Source: Podarcis pityusensis (lineage: Eukaryota). From it: a DNA stretch of 64,000 bases. The notes under the pieces were generated by a model. The model worked only from the letters and a program-made list of their open reading frames with translations. It was not told the origin of the DNA and searched no databases. A program made the position numbers and the translations under genes. Numbering within the stretch: position 1 is the first letter of the stretch; each line of letters starts with the position of its first letter. The stretch lies in assembly GCA_964106645.2 (NCBI GenBank), contig OZ067044.1; one strand, 5' to 3'. Shown one piece after another: positions 37,426 through 51,134 of this stretch.

Positions 37426-38828
37426 TTTCCTTCTCTATTTTTAGCCTTTTCTGTCCCTGAGGAGGTTACCCAAAGTAACTTGTGAAAAAACATATACAAT
37501 GAACAATAGTTCTTTAAAAACAGCAGATCCCGCATTTCAAGCTAGTTGAAATAATGAAGTTTTCAGAAGCCTTCTAAAAATGGAAAGAGAGATGCAGTGG
37601 ATCACAAAACAGTGAAGCAGAGAACAGCGCCTCTGAGGCCGATTCCAAAATCTGGGTAGGTACATGTGGAAACTGACAGTTCCTGGTCTGAAGACATTTA
37701 GCATCTTAAAGGTTAACATGACCACTTCAGCATAAAACAAAGCTAAACCTAGAATGGTCTGTGGGACTGTAGACAGGATTATTTCAAGTGCAAGTCAATA
37801 GTGTTTCCTAGCCTGGTATGGATCCCAGCCAACCACCTAGCGTGAATCTTGTTGGCACACCACCCAGCTACCTGTTACCTTGATGAGCTAGATGTGCTTT
37901 CCCCACCATTTAGTCCTCACTTTATCAATGCTGCAACCAGATTAATTCAAAACCTCTGTTTTTCAGTAGCTATGGATGAAAGTGGGACAAAACTAGGTTT
38001 ACAGTTAAAATCAAGAGACTAAAACTCAATTCTTAATAGTAATACACTGTAATGTTTGTTTAAAGGATTGCTTACAAAGGCTTGTGGTTTTATTTAGTCA
38101 CTGTTATTTGACATACCACTGCATAAGCAATATGGTTACTATCCCATTAAAATATGTGAGATTACTATTTCACTCCCTAGTCAAACTGTAGCAATTTCCT
38201 CTATTAGTCTCCTTCTCCAATTAACACACAACTCACTACATGAGAACTTCATGTACCATCTTCAACTCTGTCCACGCTTCCTTCACTGAAATCTTCCAGG
38301 CTTCCCTCAGAATTGCAGTTATTGTTTTCAAGCTGGTCCAGCAGTAACTGTCACCTCAAGTTCACAACAACCAGCTGTAACTTGGCAGTAGCTCTTTTGT
38401 GAAGTTTGCTAGAGGGCCTTGCTCTTTCCTTAGCAGAACAACAGCTATTTGGCTCAGTGGTATCAGTTCCTGGGTTGGATGTTTAGCTCCGTTGCTGCTT
38501 CTGGCTTCCTTCCTTCTGGCTTCCCCAAGCCTCTCCTAAGTGCCTTGCCATTTTATTCTACTCCTGCTGACTTCAGCCCCAACAGTTGCTCTTTCACCAG
38601 TACTCAAACTGGCTGTTTATTTACACCAGGCAGGCCCCTCTACCCAATCACTACAATTTCTGGTTGAGAGTTGTAGTTGCTGGAATAGGACCCCAGGAGT
38701 GGGTGAAATAGTAAGTGAGAAGAACAGTCTCATCTAACTCAGGAGACTGCAGGGCAGACTTGAAGGCCTGGCACCCAACAGAAGACACCAAGTAGTTTGG
38801 CTACTTTATAGCTTTTTGCAAGAAACTA

Positions 38829-39070
38829 CAGTGGAAACTTGGTTCTCAAACGGCTTAGTTGACAAACTAAGTTGGCTCCCGGATGCTGAAAACCCAGAAG
38901 TAAGTGTTCCAGTTTGCGAACGTTTTTTGGAAGCTGGATGTCCAGTGCAGATTCTGCTTGAGTGCAGGAGCCTCCTGCAGCCAATCAGAAGGCGCGCCTT
39001 GGTTTTCAAACGTTTTGGCAGTCAAACGGACTTCTGGAATGGATTACGTTCGAGAACCAAGGTACCACTG
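38829..39070. mobile_element. Tigger-like MITE
   Basis: ta|cagtggaaacttggttctcaaac...gttcgagaaccaaggtaccactg|ta; TA TSD. Confidence 0.85.
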
Positions 39071-42025
39071 TATATTTAGCTTTGCCTTCCAAGTCCAATT
39101 TTCATTCTGCACAGCCAGAAAAGTCTGACTACATGTTTAATTTCATTCTGCAATATATTCTACACCTTGAAAGTCAGTAACCATGCGACCAAGAGCCTCA
39201 TGTGCTGTTTAGTAATAAATGTGATCCTGCCTACAATACTGCTGCCAAGGAGATGAGCAGCACTGAATATGAAACCAATTTTACCATTTCAGATTGTATT
39301 CTTCTTCCTTCTACTATTGTTGTGGAAGATGGGCATATGATTTACATTTAATTCTAATCTGTAACTTTAAAAAAGATGAAAAGCATATGGGAATTATAAC
39401 AAAGAAGACTAGATGGACCATTAGAGAAAAAGTTGGGCTATGCCATTCAGCCTGACAAACAGAGGCAACATTCTGACAGCTAATCACTGTGCGTTTCAAA
39501 TAAAAAATATAAAAAATCTGCATCTACCCAAGTTCCAAGCTGACCTATTAATTTTAATAGGCTGGAGGACTCCCATTTAATGGTTCAATGGTTATAATAT
39601 ACCGGTGCTTTCCTTTGCATAATCAAGAGGCTCAGTAAGCAAAATAACTTTTTAAACTTAATATATCAAAAAGGTTTCTGAAAATGTTAAAAGCATTTCA
39701 ATTTTTCTTTAGAATTATTAAACTCTTATCTAAATACTTCTCAGAATAGTTATATGCTTTCAGCCCCATGAATACATTTTCCCCTTTCCCCACAATACCT
39801 TATCTGTAGGCACAGATATTACTAAAGATGCATATCCATAATAAAACTATGGAGTCTCATCATGCTGCCTTCAACCCCATTGGCAATCTACAGTGTCAGG
39901 CTTTTTTCCAAAGAGGCCCATAATCATTTTCAAGGTCAAATTCTTTGCTCTGTAAATGCTTGCCCAGTTTCAGAAACACATGTGATGCTTCTCTTGCAGT
40001 TTTGGAGTAGACATACGGTATCTAATGCATGCCTGAGATCCAGGAATACAAGTGGTTGAGAATGCGTAAGAGCTTAAGGCTACAATCCTGAAGTTGCTTA
40101 ATTTAGAATCACTGCAGGTCAGGTAATTTCAAAACGGCAGCCTTAAATCTCCCTGAGCTCTGTTGTATTTCAATGCATGTCAGTGTTTGGGGTGAAAAGT
40201 GAAAGGTCCATGCTACCTGAAGCCATGGAGGCAGGTGAGATCTGCCCCTGCCACCACCTGAAGGATGCACTCATCCCTCTCTCCTATAGGGGAGTCTCTC
40301 TGAGACAAAGACTCTCTCACACAATCACCACCACCACCACCCCACTCAGGTTCCTGAAGGCACCATCCAGGAGTGCCAGCATCTTCTTAATATCAACAGG
40401 TGAAAATATAGTTCCAGGGAAAGCAAGGCACAATATGGGCTACACAGAGAAGTCCTGCAGCCTAGACCTGCTTCCAGATTCAGGGTCCATAACAGAATAC
40501 ATGGGTATGACTTGGAAGTACCAGCAATTAAACTCTCAATAAAATGTGATCTCATGGAAAATAATATTTATATCATTCATTGAATTAGATATGCTATTTC
40601 TTAAATCGTACGAATGTACAATGAAAATTTTCCAAATGTTACAAAAGAAAAGATAGCTCAGTTGCTACTGATTTATGCTGTTAAAAAAAAAAAGTTGGAT
40701 TGGAATCAGACAAAATGAGTTAATTTAGCTCCTATTCAAATAAATGATACTTGACTTCTGACACTGATTTCAAATGGAACGATATTGCAAAACTTACTCT
40801 GGATCAAATCCTTTGCTTTAACCATGTGTGCATAGCATCAGAGGGAAATAGATTGCATTAAGGTGCAGCATGAAGTTAAATCACTCAAAACACCCAATTT
40901 TAGTTTTCATTCTAGCGCTTGGGATTATTTGTATCTTCCTTGCCTCAAGCAACCTACTATTACCACACAAGAAACTTTTTAAAATAGAAAACAGCTTCCC
41001 TTTTTTGCTCCTACTATTCCATCTGAAGAGAAAAACACTTTGAAAATTGTCACTTTGCATTGTGCAACCTGTTAAAACAACCACCTGAAAAGAGTAACAT
41101 GCCTTTGGACACTGATGGCAAAATGTGTATATTCAGGTGTATCAAAGGAAGCACAATAGGGGAAATCCTAAATTACATTTATTTGCAGCCCATAACATAA
41201 GGGCTGCCTATGAAGTTACTAAGAAATATATACTCAAGTTTTGAAGTGGTATGTATTGTTAATTTAGATAACTCCAATGCTATAACTGAGCTAATACTAG
41301 CTGACTGATAATATGCTTGGAAACCGATTATGACAAAATGCTTTTAACTTTTTACTCTTATTGTTCAGTCATCATACAAATCCTTTATTAAGCTGCTAAG
41401 AACTTAAGAGAGTTTCTCTCCCCAGAGAAGTGCAAAATGATGCTGAAGCTCTGGTACTTAACCAAGGCTACATACAAACTAACCTGTTGGTAGCACAAAA
41501 ATGCAGCAGTTGTTTGTTTTCCCCCCAATCTGGAATTGTTCATGCTCCTCATCTACAAGTCACTTTCGATCTGGATTGATTCTAGATCCTGCCCAGTGCT
41601 TTTCTTCTAGAAAAACAGGTGCCGTCGCTGAGTACCCCCTGAGTACCCCCAGGGGCAGCACTGATCCTACCATCCACAAGAGTGGGTGTGTGGTTACATG
41701 ATACATGTTTTAAGACCCTTTGATTAGGTTATCTGTACCTTTTCCTCTCTGTACATGTCCCAAGTGAATGAAGATGGAAATGATAACTGCAATCTTGGTA
41801 TAGGCCCATTCACAGCATCATTGGGCAGGTGTGGAAACACACACAATTGTGTGTGGGCTACATAGAAAAAACAAGTACTTGGTTTCCATGGATTCTGGGG
41901 GGAAATGCTGTATGTATATAGCCCAAATCTGAGGGGCCTTGAGTTATCCCAGAAAGGGATACATTATTTCAGTATACAACAGCAACACATGTAGGGCAGA
42001 AGCGGCAACGCTTGTGTGCAAAGTA

Positions 42026-42290
42026 GGGCTTATCCACACTTCTGCTTGCCCCATGGCTAGAAAGTATGGGTCCAAGAGGTTTTCCTCTTGTTCCATGCTT
42101 TCTAGGCACGGGTCCAAGCAGTTTCCTGTTTACACTGCCACTTTCCCTAGGGAAAACTTGCTCTTCACTACTGAATTGGAGTAAATGTCAATCCGCAGAA
42201 AACCCAATTGACATTTGCGCCGATTCAGCGATAAAGAACATGTTCTCCCTGGGTGGAAAGCAGGGGGACAAGCAAAAGTGGACATGGTTC
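42026..42290. mobile_element. PIF/Harbinger-like MITE, degraded
   Basis: gggcttatccacactt...aagtggacatgg; related to 45639-45933. Confidence 0.45.
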
Positions 42291-43428
42291 TCCCCCACAG
42301 CAATCCTATGCGTTAGGTTACACTGAGAAGTAGTGACTTCTCACCCAATGAATATGTGCTGGGAAGCTGCAGCCAAGCAAACCCACAGTGTTTCACACTC
42401 CATTGTACATAACCACAAGTACACGCACTGTGAGCTCCCTTAACACTGTAACGCATAGGTGGGGAAGGAACCTTTGGCCCTTCAGATGTTGTTGGACTAC
42501 AACTCCCATCAGCCCTAGCTAGCATCTCCAACAAGATCTGGAGGGCCACTTTACAGTGTTTGCTGCTAGTGTGTATGCAACAACACACTTAGCATATGGA
42601 ATGCAAAATTAGCATTTTAGTAACCAGTTCATCGTCCCATTTGATCCACAATCCAGGTATGACTAGAGCTTCCATTAACACCAATCTCCTCTGAGATGTC
42701 TGGTTATTATCAAATCCCCGCTATTCAGATGCACATTTACTAATGCACCTTACATGTCCATCCAGTTTATCTATTCTCCTACCATTCATAGATAACAGAC
42801 AACATTAGATTTAATGGCTCTAACTATTCTTTTAGCTTTTTATGGAATAAAAGCCAGAGACTTCAATAATTAGCTGAGAGGAAACATGAAGTGATTAGAC
42901 ACTGCAGTTGAAAGCTCTCTCATGCAGACAGAAATTAAATAGCTCTATAGATAGCACATACTGCAACGGCACATTGCTGCTCTGTTCACCCTCCCATTTG
43001 TCCATAGCTAGTGGGGAAAACACACTCCACCCATCAGGAAGAATTAGCCACACAACCTCTAAGAGCAAAAGCACAAATCAAACAAGCTATGTTGCAGGTA
43101 TCATTGTTAGTATCAAGCAGATAATATGAAGACAAGTCAAACAGGAAGGTGGGGTGGAAGGAAAGGTCATTCAAAACTTGTAGAAAGAGAGTGATAATGT
43201 TGCAATCCTAAACACACAATTTTACAGCTTAAGTGATAAAAAGTATCTGAACTTTTCAACACAGATATTTAATGCAAAATTACCAGGTCCCCAAAGTAAG
43301 TTAAATGCACAATATATTTCCCCTTTTAAGGTTAAAATTGTCACCTAAACCCAACAGCAAAAGAAATCACCCCTCTCTCATCTCCACCAGATGCTGCATT
43401 GCCTAGAGAAACTAGAAAGCAGCTGTGT

Positions 43429-43817
43429 CAGTGTTAGAAACTGAAATATGAAAGCTAGGAGCAAAATGGCACCTTAAACCTAGGTTATGGGTACAACAAA
43501 GGAATATCCAGGCATGCTTTTTAATCAGAAAAATACAAAGCTGAAAGTGAATGAACAGCTAAAATATTATGTTCATTTTTCACATGGTCTAGTCCTTCCC
43601 CTGTCCATCCCCCTAATATTCTTAAGAGGGTCTTTTCTCCAGTCTTCAGAGAGTAGCTAGAAGTGGGGAGGCAGTAAAAGGTCCTCCTTTCCTTCCACTC
43701 TGCAGTTTTAATCTGAAATCTTAGGCACAGTACTGCCCCCAGAATGCAGAAACTACTCGCGCTAATGAAATTCCCTGTCACAAAATGTGCCTAGAACAAT
43801 GCAAGTTTCGAACACTG
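43429..43817. mobile_element. hAT non-autonomous element (389 bp)
   Basis: TIR cagtgttagaaact / agtttcgaacactg; 8-bp TSD agctgtgt/agctgtgc; homologous to 10065-10815. Confidence 0.9.
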
Positions 43818-44572
43818 AGCTGTGCTTGCCTCCCTTTATACTGCTGCAGCAATTCAACCATACTTGCTTCTCCCAGGGGAGCATCCAGGCAATAGTCTAT
43901 CATCCTTGGCCTTGGTCAGAACTGAGGGTTGTGAGTTTTTACAGGAAAGGCTTTAATAACTTCATTGCACCATTATGGCAAAATATTATCTGTCGTAAAC
44001 ATTCAGATTTCTCTAACATTGTGCCATGACCTAGCAGCAGCTGAGTGTACATGCCCAGGAGATAATGTGCACAGTCTAAGAATCTTCCTTCTTTCCTGCC
44101 ATGCTTCGCACAAGCCTATTCTCAAATCTAAAAGAGCAGATTGGCAAGGCAAATGAAGACATTAGCTGGAGTAACTAGGAAGAAAGCTGTAGCAGTTACA
44201 CTGTTCTAGGGATCATGCAAAGAACAGCAACAACAGTTCACTTCACAGTAAATTCATAAATGTCTTTTTCCATGTCTGGGCTGGTATGATGCCTGCACTT
44301 CATGAAATATAATTTGTGTATCTGTGTGCTCCCAGAAATGTAGTGTTCTCTGTTGTACTGTCAGGAACAGCAATGGCCAGATGTTTCACTTCTTTACGAC
44401 AGGCATGGGATACCTGTTTTCAGCTTAAGGGCCATATTCCTTCATGTACAACTTTATGGGGGACACGTGCCAGTGGTTGGTGGGGCCAGAGGAAAATTGG
44501 ACAGAGCAACTAATGCACATTTTACCTTTATATAGTAAGTTGAATTCTTACCATGCAAAACTCAGAGACTGA

Positions 44573-44575
<3 letters not shown>

Positions 44576-44619
<44 letters not shown>
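44576..44619. repeat. (CT)n microsatellite
   Basis: Direct reading. Confidence 0.9.
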
Positions 44620-44622
<3 letters not shown>

Positions 44623-45638
44623 CATTGTGGCAAAGGAGGCATTCTCACAGTTCCAGCACACATTCCAGCCAGGCAAAAGCACTCAGGGATGCTGCAGAGC
44701 AGGGCCACTTAGGGATGTGGCCTGGGGAATAGCCCAAGAGCCAGAAAGAGCTTCTTGGAGAGCAGTATCCAATCAGAAAACACAAAGCACATCTTAACTG
44801 CCTGTCAAATCATGGAAACAGGAAATGTTACATCTACCACATAAATCAACTAGAATAGTCACCTTTCTAGGGACTATCATTCAACTTAAAAGATGGCACT
44901 TGAATTATATCCTATATTTATCACACTTGTACTTTTTTCTTCAAATAAAAAAAATCTACTTAGCAGTACTATAGTGGATTCTTCCTTTGCATGCTAGGTG
45001 AATAATGGAATGGAAATCAATATGATTTATCAGATGGACTGCTAAAACATGATGACTCTTGGCACAGTTTTTATGCATTTTACAGGAATATCACTATGAC
45101 AAAATGACTTGGGAAGCTTTCAGTTGCACTGACCCATTCAATCAGAAGTGGTACCTCAAAGAACAATATATCAGGTCATACTCTCCAAATGTATTCACCA
45201 AATATTACTTTTACAGCTCTGTTCTAAGCATGAAGTGATGAGGCACAATGGGAGGGTTTAACTGAAGTAACTTTACTTCTTTTCCCTTTTAACTAGCTTC
45301 CAATGAACTTTAAAAGACCCATTCTGTCCAAACTTCTATCCCCACAGGAACCAACCAGATGGCCATGGGATGCTCACAAACAGGACATGAGCACAATAGC
45401 ACTTTCCTACTCAACACTTCCAGCAACTGAAGTTTGGAGGCATGTTGTCTTTGATCCTGGAAGTAGTACATAGCCATCAAGTAGCATTGCTAGCAGCCAT
45501 GAATTTAAAGCTATCCAAATTGGTGGTCATTACTAGATATTATGGTAGCAAAGTCAATAATTTCACTCAGTGTTGTGAGAAGTACGTCCTTTAGCCTGTC
45601 CTGAATCCTCCAGCATTCAGTTTCAGCCCTGTTCCTAA

Positions 45639-45933
45639 GGGCTTATCAACACTTAACTTTGTTCCACACTTTCTAGGCACACATCCGACATTCCAGGTCT
45701 GTATCTGAGTGTTTTGTTGTTGTCCCAGTGCATTTCCTTGGAAAACTAGTGTTTTACTTCTGAACCAGAGAAAATAGCAACCCGCTGAAAACATGATTGC
45801 AATTTGCTCTGATTCAGCAGTAAAACGTGGGTTTTCCTAGGGAAAACTCTGGGATGGGGTAGTGGGGATGCTCAGACCTGGACAGTGGACCTGTGCCTAG
45901 AAACAACATGCAAAAGGAAGTGTGGATGATCCT
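45639..45933. mobile_element. PIF/Harbinger-like MITE
   Basis: taa|gggcttatcaacactt...aagtgtggatgatcct|taa: imperfect TIR with TAA TSD. Confidence 0.5.
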
Positions 45934-46578
45934 TAATCAAGACAAATTCTAATGGATTGTCAACAGAAAAAAACCCTACCAAACCACACAGGAAAGCTTT
46001 TATGATCAGGAAGCATATTTCATGGAAGAGTCTGCAAAAGACAAAATGCCAACCAGTTAAATAAAACCCCTCACTTTTTCCTGAAAAATCCCTATGTTGT
46101 TATGCAGTATATTTTGTACACTCATTCCCTTACCTTAACTTTTTAAAATAAAGAGACAAAACAACTCCCTCATCAGTGAATATGACCCAAATTCATAGTT
46201 GTTTACAAAGGGGGACACAGGGCGAAGCAGCAAGGAATTAGAGCAATGCCCTTACTTCACAGAGCAATGCCCTTGCTTTTAAACAGAGATGGCACAAAAA
46301 CTAAATGGTATCCTGTCTTCCTCACACATGAGACAGAGCCACTGAGACATTCCTAAATTGAGGTATATACTATTCTGTCAGAGCAAGGATTCTGGAACCC
46401 TTCAAAAGTGACACAACAACAACAACAACAGTAACAACAACAACAACAAAACAATCCAATAGAAATATTTGTTCAACATCTGCTAAAGGTCTGAGGCATT
46501 GCACTGCACAGCCAAACTGATACATTCAGGGAATATTTTGTAGCAGGAATCTTGAAGGTCTCTGAAAAAGACAAGATA

Positions 46579-46811
46579 CAGTGGTACCTCAGGTTACATA
46601 CGCTTCAGGTTACATATGCTTCAGGTTACAGACTCCGCTAACCCAGAAATAGTACTTCGGGTTAAGAACTTTGCTTCAGGATGAGAACAGAAATCGTGCT
46701 CCAGCAGTGCGGCAGCCCCCATTAGCTAAAGTGGTGCTTCAGGTTAAGAACAGTTTCAGGTTAAGAACGGACCTCCGGAATGAATTAAGTACTTAACCCG
46801 AGGTACCACTG
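46579..46811. mobile_element. Tigger-like MITE
   Basis: ta|cagtggtacctc...gaggtaccactg|ta; internal ttcaggtta reiterations; inverted copy at 63442-63671. Confidence 0.9.
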
Positions 46812-47539
46812 TATGAAAACTACCCAATTTAAACACAAATCAATGTGAAGCTTAGAGAATATTACCTCTTTTTTAATTGATTGCCTGATCTATCTGGAAA
46901 TGAGGAGTTTTCCTCCCCAATGCCTTTGGAGAGTAAAATATCATCTGAAAAAAATCTGAATGTGAAACAACATACTAACCACTGTAATCAATGTAGAAAT
47001 GAAATTAAATGAATCAAATGATAACAGAAGGGAAATGAAACCAATGAGACAATGAATGAAAAACAAATTCAAAGCGGATTCCAAAAGTGAAATGAAAAAT
47101 TGGTGAAAAAACTTTTTACAGCTGAGCATTCCTGTATTCCATCTTTTTATGGTACCTTCTGCTTGCTGCAAGCTTCAGCTTCCAGCTTCAGCCACTGACT
47201 TCAGGAAATATGAACTACGTAACACAAATACCGTGCTCTTTTTTGCTGTCCTTAACAGAAATGGGATGTTAATTGTGCAAAATGTAGCATTCAATAATAT
47301 TGCTCTAAGCCACCTATCTATGTGCAGCTCCTCTGCGTGGAGCACCATTGAGCCACATGCTGGAGCTTCTCATTTAAGCACTTCCTGGCTCTGAACTTAC
47401 TGCCTACCCAGACTGACCATTGGATTATTCCAGGCAACAAGAGTATAAATAGGAAGCTTCCTGTTCCATTTCAGCCATGCTGGAGCAACACAGTCTTTCT
47501 GAGCTGTGAAGTGTTCTTGTATCATTGGTTCTTCAATAT

Positions 47540-47830
47540 CAGGGGTAGGCAACCCAAGGCCCATGGGCCACAAGCGGCCCATGGGGGTCGTTTAACTGGC
47601 CCACGAGCCACCCCCAAACTGAGCCACCTGCTCGGCAAGTCCCCGCATGCTGCACTAAACTGGTGCAGCATGGCACAGGGGCTCGTTTCCACGGTGCCAG
47701 AAATTGCATCTGCGTAGACGCAGACACCGGAAATCGCGACTGCGCAGCTGCACGCACACACAATGTGGCCCATGGAGGGATCTCCACTGGAGTGAACTGG
47801 CCCAGGCGAGGTAAACTTTGCCGACCCCTG
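47540..47830. mobile_element. hAT (Charlie-like) MITE
   Basis: TIR caggggtaggcaa / ttgccgacccctg; perfect 8-bp TSD ttcaatat. Confidence 0.9.
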
Positions 47831-50651
47831 TTCAATATCATTGGCTCTATCTTGCACCTCAAACTTATCTCCTGGTTTTTCCTGACTTACAGTGTAATCC
47901 TAACCATGTCTACTCAAAAGTTTGTCCTATTAGCTTCAAAGAGGTGTTCTTCCAGGAAAGTAGGGTTAGGATTGTAATCTTATTCTTTGTCCCCAATGTT
48001 CCTGGCTCACTTCAGAAAGCCACCCATGGCTCAGCCCTCACACCTATGCATACATTTCTGATCAATAAAATCAGATCTTTATTTTTACATTTCTGATCAT
48101 TCAACCATTATAATATACAGTATATTAATTGTTCCTCTTCCCCCTGCCTGGCATGTGCAAACTTCTGGAACTCATGTTTGCAGCAAGCTGATTATTTCAA
48201 TAAACATTAACAAAGTAACATACAACCTGGAAATCATGTAAACACTATGAAAAATGCTATATTGTATAGAATACAATTAATGAATGCAACTAAAATTGCA
48301 ATAATTCAGATGGATCATGGATAGTTTGAGCAATTATAATTTGATCAACTATAATTTGATAGCCAAGGAACTCTTGAATATAAGAAAGTTTTCATCTGGA
48401 GTAAGGAAAAGGGAAGTTCTCCCTAGGCTGAGAGTCCAGAGACAGATGCAGTCATGGAAAGGGTCCTCTCTTTGTGCCCCATTCAGTAAGAACTAACACA
48501 AAGCAAGGCTTTTCATTCCAATTTGAGAGGTAATAGTAGGCATTCTTTATGGATCTCAATAGGTACTCAAGTGAAGAAGCAGAAAAACAAAACAAAAGTC
48601 ATATTGGCATTACCTCTATATCTTAAGGAACAGGCAAAGAATAAGTTGTCTTTTCCAGTGAAGGCATTGCCTACACTACATCATCGTACTGCAGGACAAG
48701 AGCTAACACTATCAAATAATATAGCCAGATCACATAAGAAGGAGCATAATTTTACGATCAGCATTTTGCAGTTTACAATCTGTTAAATGTCAGCCTTAAA
48801 AAGTTATGACTGACATTGCACCCTAGCTTTGAATGGATAAGAATTGCTTCTCTAGCTTCAGATATGACACAATAATGCTTCCCATTCAACATTTCTATAG
48901 TAAAGAACTGATTTCTCATAAGGTGTCAAAGAAATAAAGGAGAGAGTACTGTATCACTCTCTTCCCCCTACAAAAGCCACATGACTTTGAATGGAAAGAT
49001 GTTGGAGAGAGAGGAAGAGACTGAAGCAAGAAAGGGAACAGGATATGGATATGGATAACAATAAGGTGAATAATAGCTGTATCCTTTCTCCCTCCAAAAC
49101 CACACTATCCAATCCAACAATTCAGCCTAATGCTATAATACAGGTGTCACTTTAATGCTGATCCAAATCCATTGCTTTGAATATTGGGAAGCTGGCACAT
49201 TTGATTTTCTGAATTCTTTTTAAAAAAACTGTTGTAATTCCCCTTTAAGGCATTACAGCAAATTTTATCTTGTTAATTGACTTTCCATATGCTAATCATG
49301 TTACACCACATTAAGTAATGCACTAATTGGCTTTAATGCTCTCACTTAGTGTGAAAAAAATGTGGCACACATAGGAACGTACAGACACATTTGTATAAGC
49401 AACAAACCTTTTGTACACGAAAGGTGTTAAACAGGAGTGAGGAGTGCCCATGGCTGTGGGACAGAAGTAACAGTGGGGAAAACATGAAAAAGTTGCACTG
49501 CACTTCTTGGACAGTTCTCTACTGCTGGATTCTTTGGGTTCTTTTACTCCAGGGTACAGGGAAAGTTAGCACCTTAATTAGACATTAGAGGAAATACATT
49601 GGATGCCTGGGAGGAGTAATTATGGTTTGAATTTATACAAGGCAATCATCTTTAGGTTGTGCCTACTATTACACTGGCACTTGGACAGTGCTATAAAATG
49701 GAACAGCCATGCTACAGCACGGAACTCTGTGCACAGCCTGGTGACAATCAGAAACATGAAGGAAGCTGAGCATTTTCGTGGATCTGGTTTCCAGTGGCCC
49801 CAAGACACTGTATCTGTATATCTAGCAGGTGCTCCCAAAATCAAAATATTAAGCTACCATGTGTGCACTCTTGACCAAGAACCCATTTCCATCTTTTGCA
49901 TCTTATCTTTCAACACATTTCCTTTTATAAACCCAGAGAGTTGCAATAATTGTGAATCTCAACCTTAAATCCTGAACAACCACCCAGATTTGCATATCAC
50001 CACATAGAAGCAGGTTTTCACATGTCAGCTAAACACCAGGCGGAGTGCATAAATCTGAGCACACTGGATCAGGAATTGTGAGTGCAGCATCCAACATATG
50101 AGCTATGTACATAGGGTACAGAGTTGTTGATGCACATACAATGCATGAGGTGTCCCTGTGACCTTTCCATCTGACTTCTGATACAAATGGGACTGTTTGT
50201 TCCCATATGGCATGAGGTCACACATAATGTTATGAACAGCAAAATTTGCAGCATGGTGTTGTGCTCAATTATCTCTGGACTAAGACCTGAAATGTATCTG
50301 TATGAACCTGAACAACATTAAATGGAATTACTGTTGTTGTATGCTTTGGGGTAATTCCAAGTATTTATCTTTGTGCCAAGTGACTTTTAAATTTCTTCCC
50401 AATAGAAGATACCATAGGAGTACATAGAACAGCCTGTTATGTCAATTTTAAAACAGAATAGCTTACCAACTGGGGGGTTGAGAATCAGAAGAAACTTTTA
50501 CTTCTTTTGCAAGTTTATCTGAGTTGAGCCCTGCAGCAAAGTTGAGAATTGGAATTTAGAGGGGGCGGGGCCCTTGCAAAAGGCTTGCTCGTTGCTGATT
50601 CAGGTACCGAAGTCTGAGGAGGCTCCGCGGGCTGCTGGTCTCCTGCTGCCG

Positions 50652-50988
50652 TGTGGGGATGCAATAAAAAAATAGCACCCTTGTGCAAGATTGTGCAAGA
50701 GGAAGCATCTGCTGACTTGTTCCCCCACACGCCTGGGTCAGTGTCGCGCTGCCTAACCGCAAAGCTTACGCGGCTGTCATGCTGTCTGGTAGAGAAGTTA
50801 TTCTAAGAAATGCAAACCCTAGCTGTTTTCCACCCGAGTGCTACACGTGTATATGCAACATGATGTAATGTGCGCAAGGCTAATAAACATGCAAGGCTGC
50901 TGGGGGAGAGAGCTCACTCCTTGCTTAAACCTTCACCCATGACTCCTCGTCATTTTTCCTCCGCACCTGGTGGGCTGGTTTCCCGACA
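50652..50988 (+). repeat. ERV 5' LTR
   Basis: tgtggggatg...ttcccgaca, identical to 53866-54202. Confidence 0.96.
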
Positions 50989-50990
50989 AA

Positions 50991-51008
50991 TGGTGCCTCG
51001 TGTGATTG
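50991..51008 (+). promoter_or_regulatory. primer-binding site resembling elongator tRNA-Met
   Basis: TGGTGCCTCGTGTGA vs TGGTGCCCCGTGTGA (complement of the vertebrate elongator tRNA-Met 3' end, recalled from memory); 14/15 match, last 3 nt of the 18-mer diverge. Confidence 0.7.
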
Positions 51009-51104
51009 CCTGAACGGCTTCCAGGACGCGTGCTGTCAAAGACGGTCCTTCCTGCTACTCACCCGCCCGGCTGTGGCTTAAGGCGCCTTCTCATCTTCGG
51101 ATCC

Positions 51105-51113
51105 CCGGTGAGT
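51105..51113 (+). promoter_or_regulatory. ERV major splice donor
   Basis: CCG|GTGAGT in the leader, upstream of the gag ATG. Confidence 0.6.
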
Positions 51114-51134
51114 AGCTATTTTTCTATTTTTATC

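Noticed and set aside
51006-51134. N-terminal extension of the 505-aa ORF from a TTG start
   Set aside because: Starts inside the PBS/leader; the gag start is more plausibly ATG 51135 (MG...)
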